Source: Geosiphon pyriformis uo1 (Eukaryota; Fungi; Glomeromycota). Taken from it: 64,000 nt of DNA. This document shows, piece by piece, positions 13,348 to 25,762 of this stretch; position 1 is the stretch's first letter, and each line of letters opens with the position of its first letter. The notes under the pieces were generated by a model that had not been told where the DNA came from, made no database searches, and saw only the letters and a list, made by a program, of their open reading frames with translations. The stretch lies in the NCBI GenBank assembly GCA_016748015.1, contig JAAOMT010000595.1, forward strand, positions 255,051 to 319,050. Direction: 5' to 3'. Position numbers and translations under genes: made by a program.

Positions 13348-14045
13348 TAAAGGCTTATGAACTTAAAATAATGAGATTAAGTAGCAATTCAAATATTGTT
13401 TTGAAACGAAACTATTTATAATACGGTGCCTTACCAAAATATTTCAATAAACCATTTCTTTAATTTGTGTTTGCAATATAAATATTCTTAATTATGTTAA
13501 ATAAGATTAATCTAAATAAGAAAATTTATCAAAATATTGTTAGAATTATCATTTTTGGTTCATAATAACCACGAAATATGAAATTTTTTTCCTCCCCATG
13601 CAATTAACTTTTTTAAAAGTCTTATTAACAATCTAATTAAGCTTGAGTCGAAAATGGCCAAGTGTTTAATTTGAAAAAGAAATTGAGAATATATTGAGAA
13701 TATTTTTATATTTTAAGGTTATAATGATTTAAATCTTTTAAAATATTATTGATTCTTACTAATCAGAAAGAAATTAGCTTGTAATAATTCTTTAAGGTAA
13801 AGAATGCATACACTATATCTTAAATGTGAAGCTTTATTATGAATATCAGTCAAATACTTCAAAAGCAAATTATTTTATGGTGAGAGCTTTAAATATAATT
13901 TAAATGTCTTTAAAGAAAGCCTGGTATTTTACGAATATGATTCTTATAGATTTAATTTTTTGCAAATAATGATCTATAGCACAAACACACATTCTGGAAT
14001 TTCATTCAAAGTTTGTAAAATTAGAAAAAAAACCCACCATAATTT

Positions 14046-14802
14046 CTAATAAGCCGTGATATAAAATTTATCACTAAAATTCAAAAAAATACCTCAGAAA
14101 CAAAATCATTTTTTACCAACTTTTAAAACATTTTAAATAAGTTGGAATTACCTATAAATAGTACAATGAGGCCCTTTTAGACCAGTTCCTCCCCAGGTTC
14201 TCAAGAAAAAACGAGTAGATCCTTCATTTGTACCATACGTAATGAAATCCAAATTATTGGGTATATTAAATTTCATATCGATTTCAGCGATACCAGTCGA
14301 GTTGAAATGTTGATTCGGACCGGTCCAAAGATCCGTGACCAAACCTTTATCGTGAAAAAGCTCAACGTTCAGGATTTCAACCACTTGAGATTCGTTCTTC
14401 TGGTAGGTGAGATGAATTGTTTCTCCTTTTTTGAAGACTTTACCGCCTAATGGTGTTATCAATTTGAAATCTTGAAATTGGAGGAAAATAAATTATATTT
14501 TACTAAAAAATCATATTTTATCATATATTGATAAGAATAAATTTTTAGAATATGCATACTTTTACATTGGTTCTCAATAGAATAAAAATCGGCTGCAAGG
14601 ATTTAGATACAAATTTTAATATCACGAGACGTTTAATTCCAAATTCCAAATCCCGAATTTATTTTCACAACAAATTACCATTTTTTAACCTCTGAATAGA
14701 AGATGCAGCAACATAATTGTTCAATTGAAGGACATATATGGCAAAAAAACAAAATGAAAGCAGGAAGAAGAATTTTGGGCTTTGAAATTTTCGATTTAAC
14801 AT
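14046..14802 (-). CDS. Small secreted protein with a putative Ig-like (Kre9/Knh1 N-terminal-like) domain, about 4 exons
   Basis: ATG at 14802 followed by a signal-peptide-like FFFLLSFCFFAIYVLQL. Spliced exons give QCKNFKLITPLGGKVFKKGETIHLTY...FFLRTWG...PHCTIYSDKFYITAY*. Confidence 0.65.
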
Positions 14803-16559
14803 TTTAATAATGGGTTCCTGCTCTTTACTATATTTAGGATGAATAATAATGATTAAATAAATTTCTGCAGATAAGTCTATAGAGAAGAACTTATTTAAAT
14901 TGAAGTTTATTTTAGTACTTGTTAATCAAGCGAGGGCTTAAATTGCTTCTTTTATAATTCTTATAATTTTGTTCCTTAAACTTGATGTGCTATGATGATA
15001 TATTAATGACTCATAAATAGAAACCTATGTCATACTAACATAATTCCTATAATCACACCATTTGTAATAATATAGCTTTTTTCACCATTTAATTTTCTAG
15101 ACGGTGGATTAAAAATCGATATTTTTTGTGTCTCACTAAATAGTTCTGTAAGAACAAAGTATCCAAGTTTGGTGCTATCGGAAGCTAGGAATGGCCGGCT
15201 ATCCTCGGGATACAGAATTATTGGGGGTTTTGGGGCACTCGACAGAGTTTAGATCTGTCAGAAGCCAGTAATCGTATAGTCGAATACCGGCCTTGAGTTA
15301 AAAATGGCCCACTTAAGTAGTTATTGACTAGCTATGGCTAAAACAAAATGATCAACTTTTTTTTTGTCAAGTCATGCTATCTTCGCGCGAAATTCATGCA
15401 ACAGCGTCACGTTAATTGGATGCCTGAATGCTCCTCTCGACTCCTTTCGAAACTATGCCTTAGACAAGTACAACATTGCCCTTCATCAAGCTATAAAGTG
15501 CTGCAAGAATCTGATGAAAAAATGAAATAATGGCTGATATGTACATACTCTAAAAAATGCTTTACTTCAAGCGTATTGGAAAAGCAGTATTTTCCCTTAC
15601 TAGTAAGTGTATTGCGGACTAGACTGTTTGGTTAAATGAGGAGAGAGCAATCTATTTAATCATTCAAAACTTTTGAAAATTTTTCGTGGCCGCTAATTGT
15701 CTATATTTGATAGAATCTGAACCATAAAGTTATCCCTCAAACCTAAACGCAAGTTCACAGGTAACTAACACGATCATTCAAAACCCAATATCATCTAAGG
15801 CATTATTAATATTTTGACCATTCATCAAACGTGAAAGTATGCTAAACATTTTGATTATTGTTCTGCAGATAGATGATTTGCTGGGATCAAGGGTATAAAT
15901 CCAGTCCAGTATGTAAACAAAAGCTGAGAAAAAGTGCATGAAAGCTTTGGGAAAGTTTAAATGTACTCAATTATTCCGCAATCTGCTAATGAGAAAAATA
16001 GGATGTCGATTTTTTGGCAAATATCGATTCAAAACCAATTATTGGAATTTTGCTAATCACTGATTATGGAAAAACGTATACCCGACAATGAGGGTTGAAA
16101 AGAGATTCAACATTGAGATCACCTGCAGTTTGGAAGTGCCAGAAGGTTCTATCGACTTCGCCACTTGCTGTATAGAAAAATATTCACGTCGAATTTCGTT
16201 GGGAGATTGTTTTCTATTTTCGTACTGCTTTTTTCAAAACCCAAACTTTTCGCAGCGATAGTGACGATTTGGCGACCTTAATTTTCACCTGGTCGTTTAG
16301 TTAAACCTGGGGTGTGTACCTTGATATGTAAAACATATTGCGTGTAGCTAGGAGTGAGGAGAGAATGAGCATCAGAGAACAGCAAAAAGTGGCTCTAGGA
16401 AAGTAGGCTAAAGATGTCAAAGTAAAGTTGGATGTTCAATGACCATGTTGGATAAGTTGAAGACAATTGGATTTGTATATGAAGGTGAATTCTGATAATT
16501 ATGTGTGGAAAGTTTGTCATCGTCCTTTTAACGTTCCCATTGTGTGGTTTATAATTATT

Positions 16560-16735
16560 ATTTCGGATGAGATCAACAAAAATATTACTGGACTTGGACT
16601 CTTTGAAAGATACGTGTGTTGGCTAATTGGTGGGAACATCTACAAAAGGTTGCTGATAACATAATTGCAGACAGGTTGAAAGATGCTTCACTCATCAATT
16701 TGTGTGCTCATAGTTTGGGGGCACCTAGCTGATGA
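16560..16735 (+). pseudogene. Possible alpha/beta-hydrolase remnant
   Basis: Interrupted frame reads ...RLKDASLINLCAHSLGA (AHSLG at 16706-16720), flanked by stops. Confidence 0.25.
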
Positions 16736-18791
16736 TAACATTGAGGTCTTGGGATGTTTGAAGTGCGAGAGTCTGAAGATAGTAATTTCAGAAGTAATGA
16801 ATTTTTGATTCTGCTCTTAACTACGGATGCAAGACAATATTTTAGTAGATTGCATATTTTTTTAGCTTAATTTGTATGGAAGTTTTATAATTTATAAGAA
16901 TACAAATGATATTGATAGTATACGAAATTTCGGGGACATTCGTATTTTTTTCTTTATATTCTTTCACTGTAAACATAAGAATAAGTTATCTATTATATTA
17001 GCCACTAAGTGTTTGCTCTTCAGCGTCCTAAAATTTCGAGCTGCAGTGTGCACGACATAGAAAATTAAGATCTCGTCTATATCCATTGCCAAAAATTATT
17101 CATAATAGCGATAAAGATGTTTTTTTATTTGATTACCATCTCAATCACATGGGGCATGCTTTCACAAAGTCATAAATATAATTAAGAGGAAAGATGAAAT
17201 TAATTAAAAAATAGCATTATTAGAGTAAAAAATAACCTAACCAATTTACTAAAAATAATAGAAATAAATACGTATTTAAGAAAAAATATAAACCATAATC
17301 TTTGTTATTTAATAGTCATAAATTTTAGTTTAAAAAATAAAATTTTTTTTTAATCATTTTACTATTTAATACTAGTCACGGTAATTTTTTTTAATGAAAA
17401 ATTATTAATTTGACTGCTATATTTTTTTAAGTTGTATAGCTAATATTTTTAAAAATAAAAAATTATAGTTTTATTAAGGTTTATTTTTTAAAATTTATAC
17501 ATTAATTAATATTTTTGATAAATTTTATTTATTAAAAACTGCTTTTTTATTTTATTTTAAAGATTATAATTAAATAAACAAAACTACTATTGAATTTTTC
17601 ATTTTGTTAATATATATATTCTGAATTATTTTATTATTCAATTTTTAATATTACAACATATTTTTCAATTTAAATATTATTAGTAAGTATAGTATAACAT
17701 AACATAATATAATATAATATAATATAATGTAATGTAAAAAACAATACTAAAATATAAATAAATAATAATAACATATTATTATTATTAATTAATATTTTAT
17801 AAAACAATTTTTTACAGTTCTAGAAGTTTTTATTCATATATTTATCAAAAAAGGCAATAAAACTCTACTTGTTAAAGCAATAATTATTGTCTTAATAATT
17901 AAATTAATAGCTAATTCTAAAAATAGGAGGGGAGAACGGGCGAAGAGGGCTCCCACTGGAGACTGTAAAAATGATCAGCTGTTCACCAAATAATTTTTCT
18001 GAACAAATATTTCCAAAATAATAGATTGACTATTTAATAATCCAGATCTGAATTTAATCAAAAATTTATAAAATATTACTATAAAGGATGAAATTCTATT
18101 TCAAATACAAATTTGGTTAGATTAATGCATTATAGGTGTGAGATAATAATAGAAAATTATAGTGAATGTATCTTTATTAAGAATTGTATTAAATAAATTT
18201 TCAGTTTTTTGTCTTTTAAACATGATATTATTTGTTATAATTATTTTAGCCATTATAAAGTCTCAAGGCTTTCAAAATAAAATGATATTTAGCGAATTTT
18301 TACAGAAATTTGCACAATTCGCTTAGAAAATGGAACATAAAATATTTAATAAATACAGCCCTAGCAGAAAATAATGGGCAAAATTTTCTTTGAATTACAA
18401 ATTTTTTTTAAATGCAAGATAACTTAATATCAATGTTATAATATATTTAAAAACTAATATTTATTATGTTCTCTTGCATTTATACAAACTTAGTTTTTAA
18501 ATTTCCAAATTTATAAATCACGCTCAAATTTTAATACACATATTGATTGAATCAGCTTAAGACATTTAAGATGCAGTAATTATGTATTACTGTATTTCTT
18601 ATGTATCACACGAAACCTAAATCGTTTTATTCTTGTCGCAACTTGTTTGGCATCTTTATTTACTATAGCTACTTAATACGATTTTTAGGAATAAATAATA
18701 AATCCGAACCCCGCCTTTAAAAAATTACTTTTTAAAAAGCTTCTTCTCATAAAGTATTCACATTTTATCCATCCTATACTTTATCCACACC

Positions 18792-18923
18792 ATGGAAATC
18801 CTTGTAATTAAAAGAACTCGTCTAGAAGCTCATGATTGTAACGAGTATTATCGGTGGTAAGGACTTTTCAAGCGGTAATAAAGTAGTTGATGAAATAATA
18901 AAGAATCCAATCTATACACCACC

Positions 18924-18972
<49 letters not shown>

Positions 18973-19253
18973 GATTGTACTGTTATTTATTATGAATGGA
19001 TTCCGTGGGAGCGTTTGTCGAATATCAACGAAATTGCTAGAGGAGGGTTCGGTGTAATTTATAAAGCAACTTATATCGATGGACTAAAGTAAGACTATTT
19101 ATAATATCAAATTTGCATGCACAGCAGTAATTTGTTTTATCATTTAGAATGCTCCCTTGCGACTCTTTCACACTTATTGCATCATGTCCAGAATATTGGT
19201 CTCCATTGCAAGAAGAGAATTATTTGGTAGCTGATTTGTGTTTAGCAAAATAA
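18792..19253 (+). pseudogene. Tyrosine-kinase-like (TKL) protein kinase pseudogene with a poly-Asn insertion
   Basis: FSSGNKVVDEII...EWIPWERLSNINEIARGGFGVIYKAT (Glomeromycota-type kinase N-lobe), stop at 19090-19092, later fragment LVADLCLAK* (DLG-like motif); most of the domain is missing. Confidence 0.8.
18925..18971 (+). repeat. (AAT)n microsatellite encoding poly-Asn
   Basis: Direct observation. Confidence 0.95.
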
Positions 19254-19930
19254 TAAATCTAAAAATTTTCATATTTTTATAATTTAATTTTTCTTTTGTG
19301 ACGCAAATTTATCCTTATACCATGCATGAAAACTTCTCATTCGTTTGGTTTCAGGTATTTATAGTCAATTTCCTCGCGAGTTTTTATCCCGAATACTAAT
19401 CTTTACTATTCTAAAGATCATGAATTGTTTAAAATTTTCTTGCCCTTAAAGTAGATTGAATTCAAAAGATCTTAACATGGATTAATTCAGAAATATTATA
19501 GTAAGTTTGATGAACTAGCTATTTCTAGTTCATATTTAAAAATTCAGGTTTAACAACTTGTAATTTATTGAATTTCTAAACCAAAACAAAATAAAAAATA
19601 ATTGTGTCATCGATTTAAAAATTTTTTGTTTATCAATTTACAAAATTGAAAATCACGACACTCCCCGTATCATTAGAATTTCTTCATAGAATCGATTAAA
19701 TTAATAACAAAGGAAACCAAACATTATTTAAATATCTTTTTAATAAAATTTCCGCAGTATTTACGAGAAAAAGGTTATTTTTTTGATGCCATAAGCGAAG
19801 ATTATGCCTCTCTTTTTATAGGATATATTTAACAGAAATACTGATAAGAGATTTTGACTTATAGTTTTCATTAATTTTGGGAAAAAAAGAAATATTTCGA
19901 TTAATAAATTTTAATAATAGATATTCGGAT

Positions 19931-20391
19931 TTAACAATATTCCCACTGATATAATAATTTCTTCAAATGTCCATAAGGCTCTGCTACCCAACATATAAAA
20001 ATCGTCTTTTTAATATGTTTGGTTTTTTCTTGTGTATCAAAGTCCTGTTTTTGCATAATCATTTCTTGATCGACCTCTCGGGTGTGGGGTTTCCGACTAT
20101 CCTTGAATGCTTTCTTATTGCATAGATTCTGGTGATTAGAAGCTACAAAAGCTAAATATATTGGAATTATACTCTTTTTTAAGAACTTTATTGTGTAAAT
20201 AAGACTTGTAATTCGGTTTTTACTTGCGAAAAAAATTTGAAAATGAAATTCTGATTGCATATATTTTTAATCTCTTTGTAGACATACTTTTTGGCGTTAA
20301 CGCAATCCGATACGGTTGAACTTAGCTCATTACGAACGGTTAATGCTATGCGTGTTATTTCCTCAATAATTATTGTGCTCATTGTAACCAT
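19931..20391 (-). pseudogene. Frameshifted coding-like remnant of unknown family
   Basis: Two overlapping minus-strand ORFs (20188-20391 and 19931-20260) that look like one disrupted reading frame. Confidence 0.25.
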
Positions 20392-20583
20392 ACGACACTA
20401 TCAAAATCTTGATTAATCAAGAAAATTCTCCAAAAATCACAACGATCCTACCAATAACTGCGAACTTCGCTAGATTCCTTCCCAATTACATTACTTCATG
20501 TCCTTACCATAATCACATGAACAGAAGAAATTAATTTCCTTACCTTAATTTTCGCATCAATAATTGAAATTATTATATCGTTT

Positions 20584-21001
20584 TTGATCACTTATGATCC
20601 TGAAACTAAAACCCTGTTTAGCACAGCGGACATCCCTAAAAGTTCTGAAGATAATCCCCAACCGTATATCGTTGAGAGAAAACACTTTAAATTGTCTAAG
20701 TGGTGGAATTTTGATGTTGAGATTATTGCAACCTGGAACTCTACCACCATTTACTGTGATAGCGATCACACAAACGAATTCCACTGGCATTCCAGCTCAA
20801 GGTGCTCATAATATGGCTTTCATGCCACCAAATAACGATGTTTATTATATGTCATCCGTGCCACCAAATAATGGTGTTCATGATATGTCTTTCGTGCCTA
20901 TCTCATCAACAACATTTTCCACAACAATTCGCCACAGATTTCATCTAATCCGAATGACCAAGCACAGCATCAGTCACAACTTTCATCTCAACACCAAATA
21001 G
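20584..21001 (+). pseudogene. Frameshifted coding-like region of unknown family containing a 36-bp tandem repeat
   Basis: Overlapping ORFs 20584-20811 and 20594-21001; repeat units start at 20801, 20837 and 20873 and encode (G/D)xxxMxxxPPNN. Confidence 0.35.
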
Positions 21002-21342
21002 TTTCTACCTCAAGTCCACAACTAGCTTTCAATCATAGTCATAACTACACCACAAAACCAATAATAAAGTCGTTGATATCGGTAAAAAAAATTAGAATCT
21101 CGAATTTTTTTATTCGAAGCTAATGATGGAATTTCTATCTAGTAATGTTTTTTGTAATTCTTTGTAATTTTATTCCATCAATATTTATTATCTTTTTTAT
21201 AGTTAGACTGGCACCAAAGTTTAACTTTAATCATTTTAAGAAAGCAGCAAGCTTTTTAAGTGAGGAAAATATTTCAATTGAACTTAAAAAAACAAAATTT
21301 CCGATTTTTTTATTCTCCTTAATTGATATTGAGTAGTTAATA

Positions 21343-22422
21343 TTAAAATCTGAAGCTATCAGATGTCTTTCTTGGTTCTGGAGAAATAAACCATCCAATT
21401 ATAGGTGAAACAACAATCTCCATTTCACCTCCTTCCCAGACACTCTCTTGTCTCGCACCTAAAAATCCTGCCGACATGTTCAAGTCTTCTGCCAATTCCT
21501 TCCCAATTAGTTTTAATTTAAATGGAACATTTACTCTGCCTTCTGGGACTTGATCAACAGCCAAGTAGTTTGTTGTTAATCTGTTTTGTTTTTTATCATA
21601 TGGGAAAAATGCCGCAATCCATCCTTCATACCGACGAAGTTCTCCGGATGCGTATCCTCTAGTTGACATTACTTTACTCCAAAATTCTTTATCGATTTCA
21701 CCACGATAGGTAGCAACAAATTTCCAAATTACGGGTTCTAATCTATCTAACCAGAAATTCATATCAAGCCCAAGTTGTCGAAGCCTGACAACTTTTTCTT
21801 GAAGTTTTTGCCAATCTTCTAAGGTTCCAGTAAGAGTAACTTTTGGAATTCCACATCCACCTCTCAAAGTGTAAGTAAAATATTTTTTCATAGCATCCAG
21901 TAAAACAATACGACTAGCGGTGATTGAAGCTTCGGAACTTGTAGAAAAGTCACAAACTAGCGTTTTAACAAGATCAACTTTTTCTACATTCTTTTCAACT
22001 TGGGCCACCAAAAGATTAACAGCTTTAGGCCAATCAAGGGGATCAACGAAGATTTCCAAATCTTTTTTTCCTTCATGTGCAACAAAGTGTGAACGTAATT
22101 GTTCAGCATTGATATTGATATGCTGACTAACACCTTGGGCAATCGTCAACCAAAGGTCATCGGGTGAAAGAGATAGATGTTGATGATAATCGTATGATTG
22201 ATGAATTGCTTGGAAGAATCCATGAGGTGTTTTGGTGTATTTCAGCTGTGTAGTTGGACTCTCATAACCTGATTGAGAATAATCAATTGAAATTGAATGG
22301 GCTATAGGAAATTTTTCTTTTATCTTTATGTGTTCAGCAAGTTTGTTTGATTGCTCTATATTGCTATCGATGATCTGAGTACTTCTTGGAAAAGCATTTT
22401 GGAGAATTTGAGTATAATTCAT
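21343..22422 (-). CDS. DUF4419-domain protein, intronless, 359 aa
   Basis: HGFFQAIHQSYDYHQHLSLSPDDLWLTIAQGVSQHININAE..R..FVAHEGKK, CDFSTS, CGIPKVTLTGTLEDW, GWIAAFFPY motifs. Confidence 0.9.
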   Translation of the reverse strand: MNYTQILQNAFPRSTQIIDSNIEQSNKLAEHIKIKEKFPIAHSISIDYSQSGYESPTTQLKYTKTPHGFFQAIHQSYDYHQHLSLSPDDLWLTIAQGVSQHININAEQLRSHFVAHEGKKDLEIFVDPLDWPKAVNLLVAQVEKNVEKVDLVKTLVCDFSTSSEASITASRIVLLDAMKKYFTYTLRGGCGIPKVTLTGTLEDWQKLQEKVVRLRQLGLDMNFWLDRLEPVIWKFVATYRGEIDKEFWSKVMSTRGYASGELRRYEGWIAAFFPYDKKQNRLTTNYLAVDQVPEGRVNVPFKLKLIGKELAEDLNMSAGFLGARQESVWEGGEMEIVVSPIIGWFISPEPRKTSDSFRF

Positions 22423-22939
22423 TTTAAGCTAAAAGGTAAAGCAGAGAAATGGCAAAAAATAAAGAACGGCTCTATTTATAATGGGCGAATTTTTTTATGA
22501 AATAAAAATATCCAATCAATGAATATCATGGTTATTGTTACTCTTGTTACAAACAGAGTTTCATTCTGCGCCATAATTTTTATTTATCCTATTTTGCTCT
22601 TTGAATAAAATTTATACTTATACATTGGTACCACACAACATTCAGATATCGAATAATTTATAGTGTACTGCGATATTAAGATTTAAAAATTTTACAAAAA
22701 TGGTCAAGTCTTTTATTTAGGCTAAGAAACCCATTCTCAGTAATTATAAATGAACAAGGTCTCATAATTAAGTTAAGTTCAAGAAACAAAGTTTCTCGTC
22801 AGAAAATACTCTTTTATCACCTCTATATCTAGAAAAATTTGCATCAATTAAAATTTTAAAATTAATGAGAAAATTGATCTAGACTAATAAAAATTCTTGA
22901 TTTAAATCTGGTTTGAGCAGATAATTCTTTCTACAGTCT

Positions 22940-23447
22940 TTATATATTAGTGTTTGCAGGCAAACCTTTTTCCCACGTAAATGATTTCCCACAGATACAG
23001 TGCATATTATCGCAGCCACCAATTTTTTCGATTAAACCCTTACAGCCAGGGCAACGTTTGAAGTTGCAAGAGGCTAAAAATAATTTCGTCTCACATGTTT
23101 CAAAGCTTCAGAATAATCAAAAGGTTAAAATTGTTTCAACAGTTGTATCCTTAACGACCAGCTAACTAACTAGTTATCTAAATAGGGTGAAATAAATTTT
23201 ATTGAAATAAAAAAGATCTCGAGACTCACTTTTGGATATATCGTTTGCTAAACACTGTAGTACATTTTGAATCTGGGCATTTTATATGACTCGCTCCATT
23301 TCGCAATTTCGAAACCACATGGCTTTCAACGCACTTAAAGCAGACATCGCGATGTTGAAAGAACATATGAAAGTCGTAACCAGTTAAGATGAATTTGTGT
23401 GTAAGACAGATCTTACATTCTGGAAATAACAAGTTGTACTGGGTCAT
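22940..23447 (-). pseudogene. Reduced RBR-type E3 ligase (degenerate RING1 plus RING2, no IBR); gene or pseudogene
   Basis: Exon 1 has CKIC...H..VCFKC...IKCPDSKC with a donor at 23229. A downstream frame reads KRCPGCKGLIEKIGGCDNMHCICGKSFTW, stop 22940-22942. Confidence 0.7.
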
Positions 23448-25252
23448 AAAGACGGGGATTTAAAAATTAATTTATGGACGAGATTTAGATTATAATAAAT
23501 TAATGAGCTTTTAAAAAATCAAAATGTAAGTTTAAAAGTTTTTCTAGTTTAGAATAGGGTTTATATATAGTTTATAATTTTGAACTTTACTTTATCAACC
23601 TTTTCCTACTACATGTATCAATTTTATTGACTATTACTAGTAATATATATATATGTAAATATGATAAATATGATAAATTTAATATAAAGGAAAATTTGAA
23701 ATTTGAAATCATCATTCCAATTTAATGACTGAAATAAAAAATAAGCTAAACTTTTTGTTATCCTTGAAATAACTTTTAAAAATATCATTTGAAAATCCTT
23801 TTTAGGTGCAGTATAAACACTAAACATTCATTGCTTACCTAAAATAAATTTTTGTTTGTTGAATATTTTAATAAATAAAAATTTTCATACATTTAACTTA
23901 TTGAAACTAAAAAGATAATTGAATGAAATAATTCTAAATAAAGAAGATGAGATATTTGAATTTTTTGCAAATTAGTTTATTATTGTTTATTGTTGTGTTT
24001 ACATACCTAAAAATAGCAAATGGGATAATAGCAGATTTCCAAAAAAAAATAATTATTAGTATACAGCATTTCTCGAAAATTAATAGGATAAAAATCAGGT
24101 ATGTTAATGGTGATGGGAGAATGGTTATTTTTAGCTTTGGCTTATTTGATATTTGAACAATTTGTGAAAATATTTTCATCTGGCTGATATTACTATACCT
24201 TTTACAATAAAGTTAACATTTATAAAATTTAGATCATACAATAATTCCACCCAAGCTTTAATTATAGTTGGAGGAATAGCATATCCAAGCATTGAGATCT
24301 TTTGCTCATGTGTAATTCTTTTCAATGTAATGAATGTTGACTTGATATAAATTGTTGAAGAAAACTTTTTTATTCTTGCAAAATTTCTATTGACCAATGT
24401 AAAAAAAAAACATTATAGGATATGAAAATGTTTCTATGAAACCTTCGATTTTCGTAAAAAATCTTCTTTAATTAACATACCAAATCGAGCTGAAATTTCA
24501 TTAAATTTTATCGCAGTGGTAATCTCTTTATATGAAAGACTTCCTAAGATCAGCCCAGAAAATAAACAACTGAAATAATTTTCATGCTGTCGGGTCATTC
24601 GAAAAAAAGTAACTTCTTTAGTAAGTATATATACTTTAAAAAAGTTATTGTATCTTGGTTTTGATCAGAAAAATAAATTACACTAAAAAAAAACATTTAT
24701 TGAAACTAGAAAAGTCCTTAACGATTGTGATGTTTGAAAAAAAGTTTTAAGAGTGAAATGGACGAAACGAAATTTCAGCCACATTGATTATCGATCAATT
24801 ATCCAATAGTAATAGGCAATCATATTCGACTCGACACGCAAACGGTTTTTGAACACAAAGTTTCTAATAGGGTATTCATTGGAAAGAGATTTTATTTGTT
24901 TGAGCATTTTTTTAGAAGCTCAAGAAAAGATTCCTATGTGATAGAACAACCTGAGCTATAATAAATATTTAGTATTACAATTTACATATCCATTTTTGTA
25001 TCGAAAAATATCGATTTTTTTATTATTAATTAAACCTCCAATTGATGATTATTTTCTTAAGCTTACCTGCACTTCCTAATCTTACAGCTTTAAATTCTTA
25101 TATTTATTGCTGAGATTTAAAGAACCATTGAAACATTAAAAGTCTTTTTGACAAAATAAATAAAGGAAAATTCTTCAATCAAAAAAGTTTAGTATTCTAG
25201 AATAAACTTTTATTGACCCAATCAGAAAAATAGGAACATGAAACTGAATTGT

Positions 25253-25762
25253 TCAAACTAATGAACCGGCCGCATGGGATCTATCCTCGATTGGTTTAAT
25301 CTTGAAATTAATCCCCACTCGAGCATTTAGCGGTGCACGCCAAGTTCCAAATATACTTTGTTTATTTTGCCCGGGTGTTCCGTACAGCGGAGATTGATGA
25401 TCATGTAAATTTTTTTCAATTGTATAGATCACAGTAAACATGAGCTTTTGTAAGGTGTTTGGATCACCCGATTCGCAACACAAGTTAACAGCTTCAACAA
25501 CACGTTGAAGTGTTGGGTCGTTGTTAATATCAGAATGTTTTATAAACGCGTAGAGCTGAGGTTGCGATAATTTGGGAGAAGTTTGAGCTGTCATAGGCGA
25601 TGCAGGTGGCGTCATAGAAGATGTTGGTTGTAGTGATTCAAAATCAAATAAATTTGAGTCTCTTGCGGGTGAAAGGGGTGGAGATGAACATGTAATTGAG
25701 CTTTTTGAAGAAATGGAAGATTCAGAGTTATTTATGGATTGAATTGAGAAAAGTGGTGCCAT
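25253..25762 (-). CDS. Hypothetical protein, 169 aa, Ser/Pro-rich N-terminus plus a small globular C-terminal domain
   Basis: Uninterrupted ATG-initiated ORF with coding-like GC content. Confidence 0.65.
   Translation of the reverse strand: MAPLFSIQSINNSESSISSKSSITCSSPPLSPARDSNLFDFESLQPTSSMTPPASPMTAQTSPKLSQPQLYAFIKHSDINNDPTLQRVVEAVNLCCESGDPNTLQKLMFTVIYTIEKNLHDHQSPLYGTPGQNKQSIFGTWRAPLNARVGINFKIKPIEDRSHAAGSLV

Noticed and set aside
23624-24397. Minus-strand fragments (WKSAIIPFAI, VYTAPKK) suggesting a decayed SF2 helicase or viral insert
   Set aside because: Motif spacing is wrong and the sequence is too degenerate; probably a mutated coding relic but unassignable
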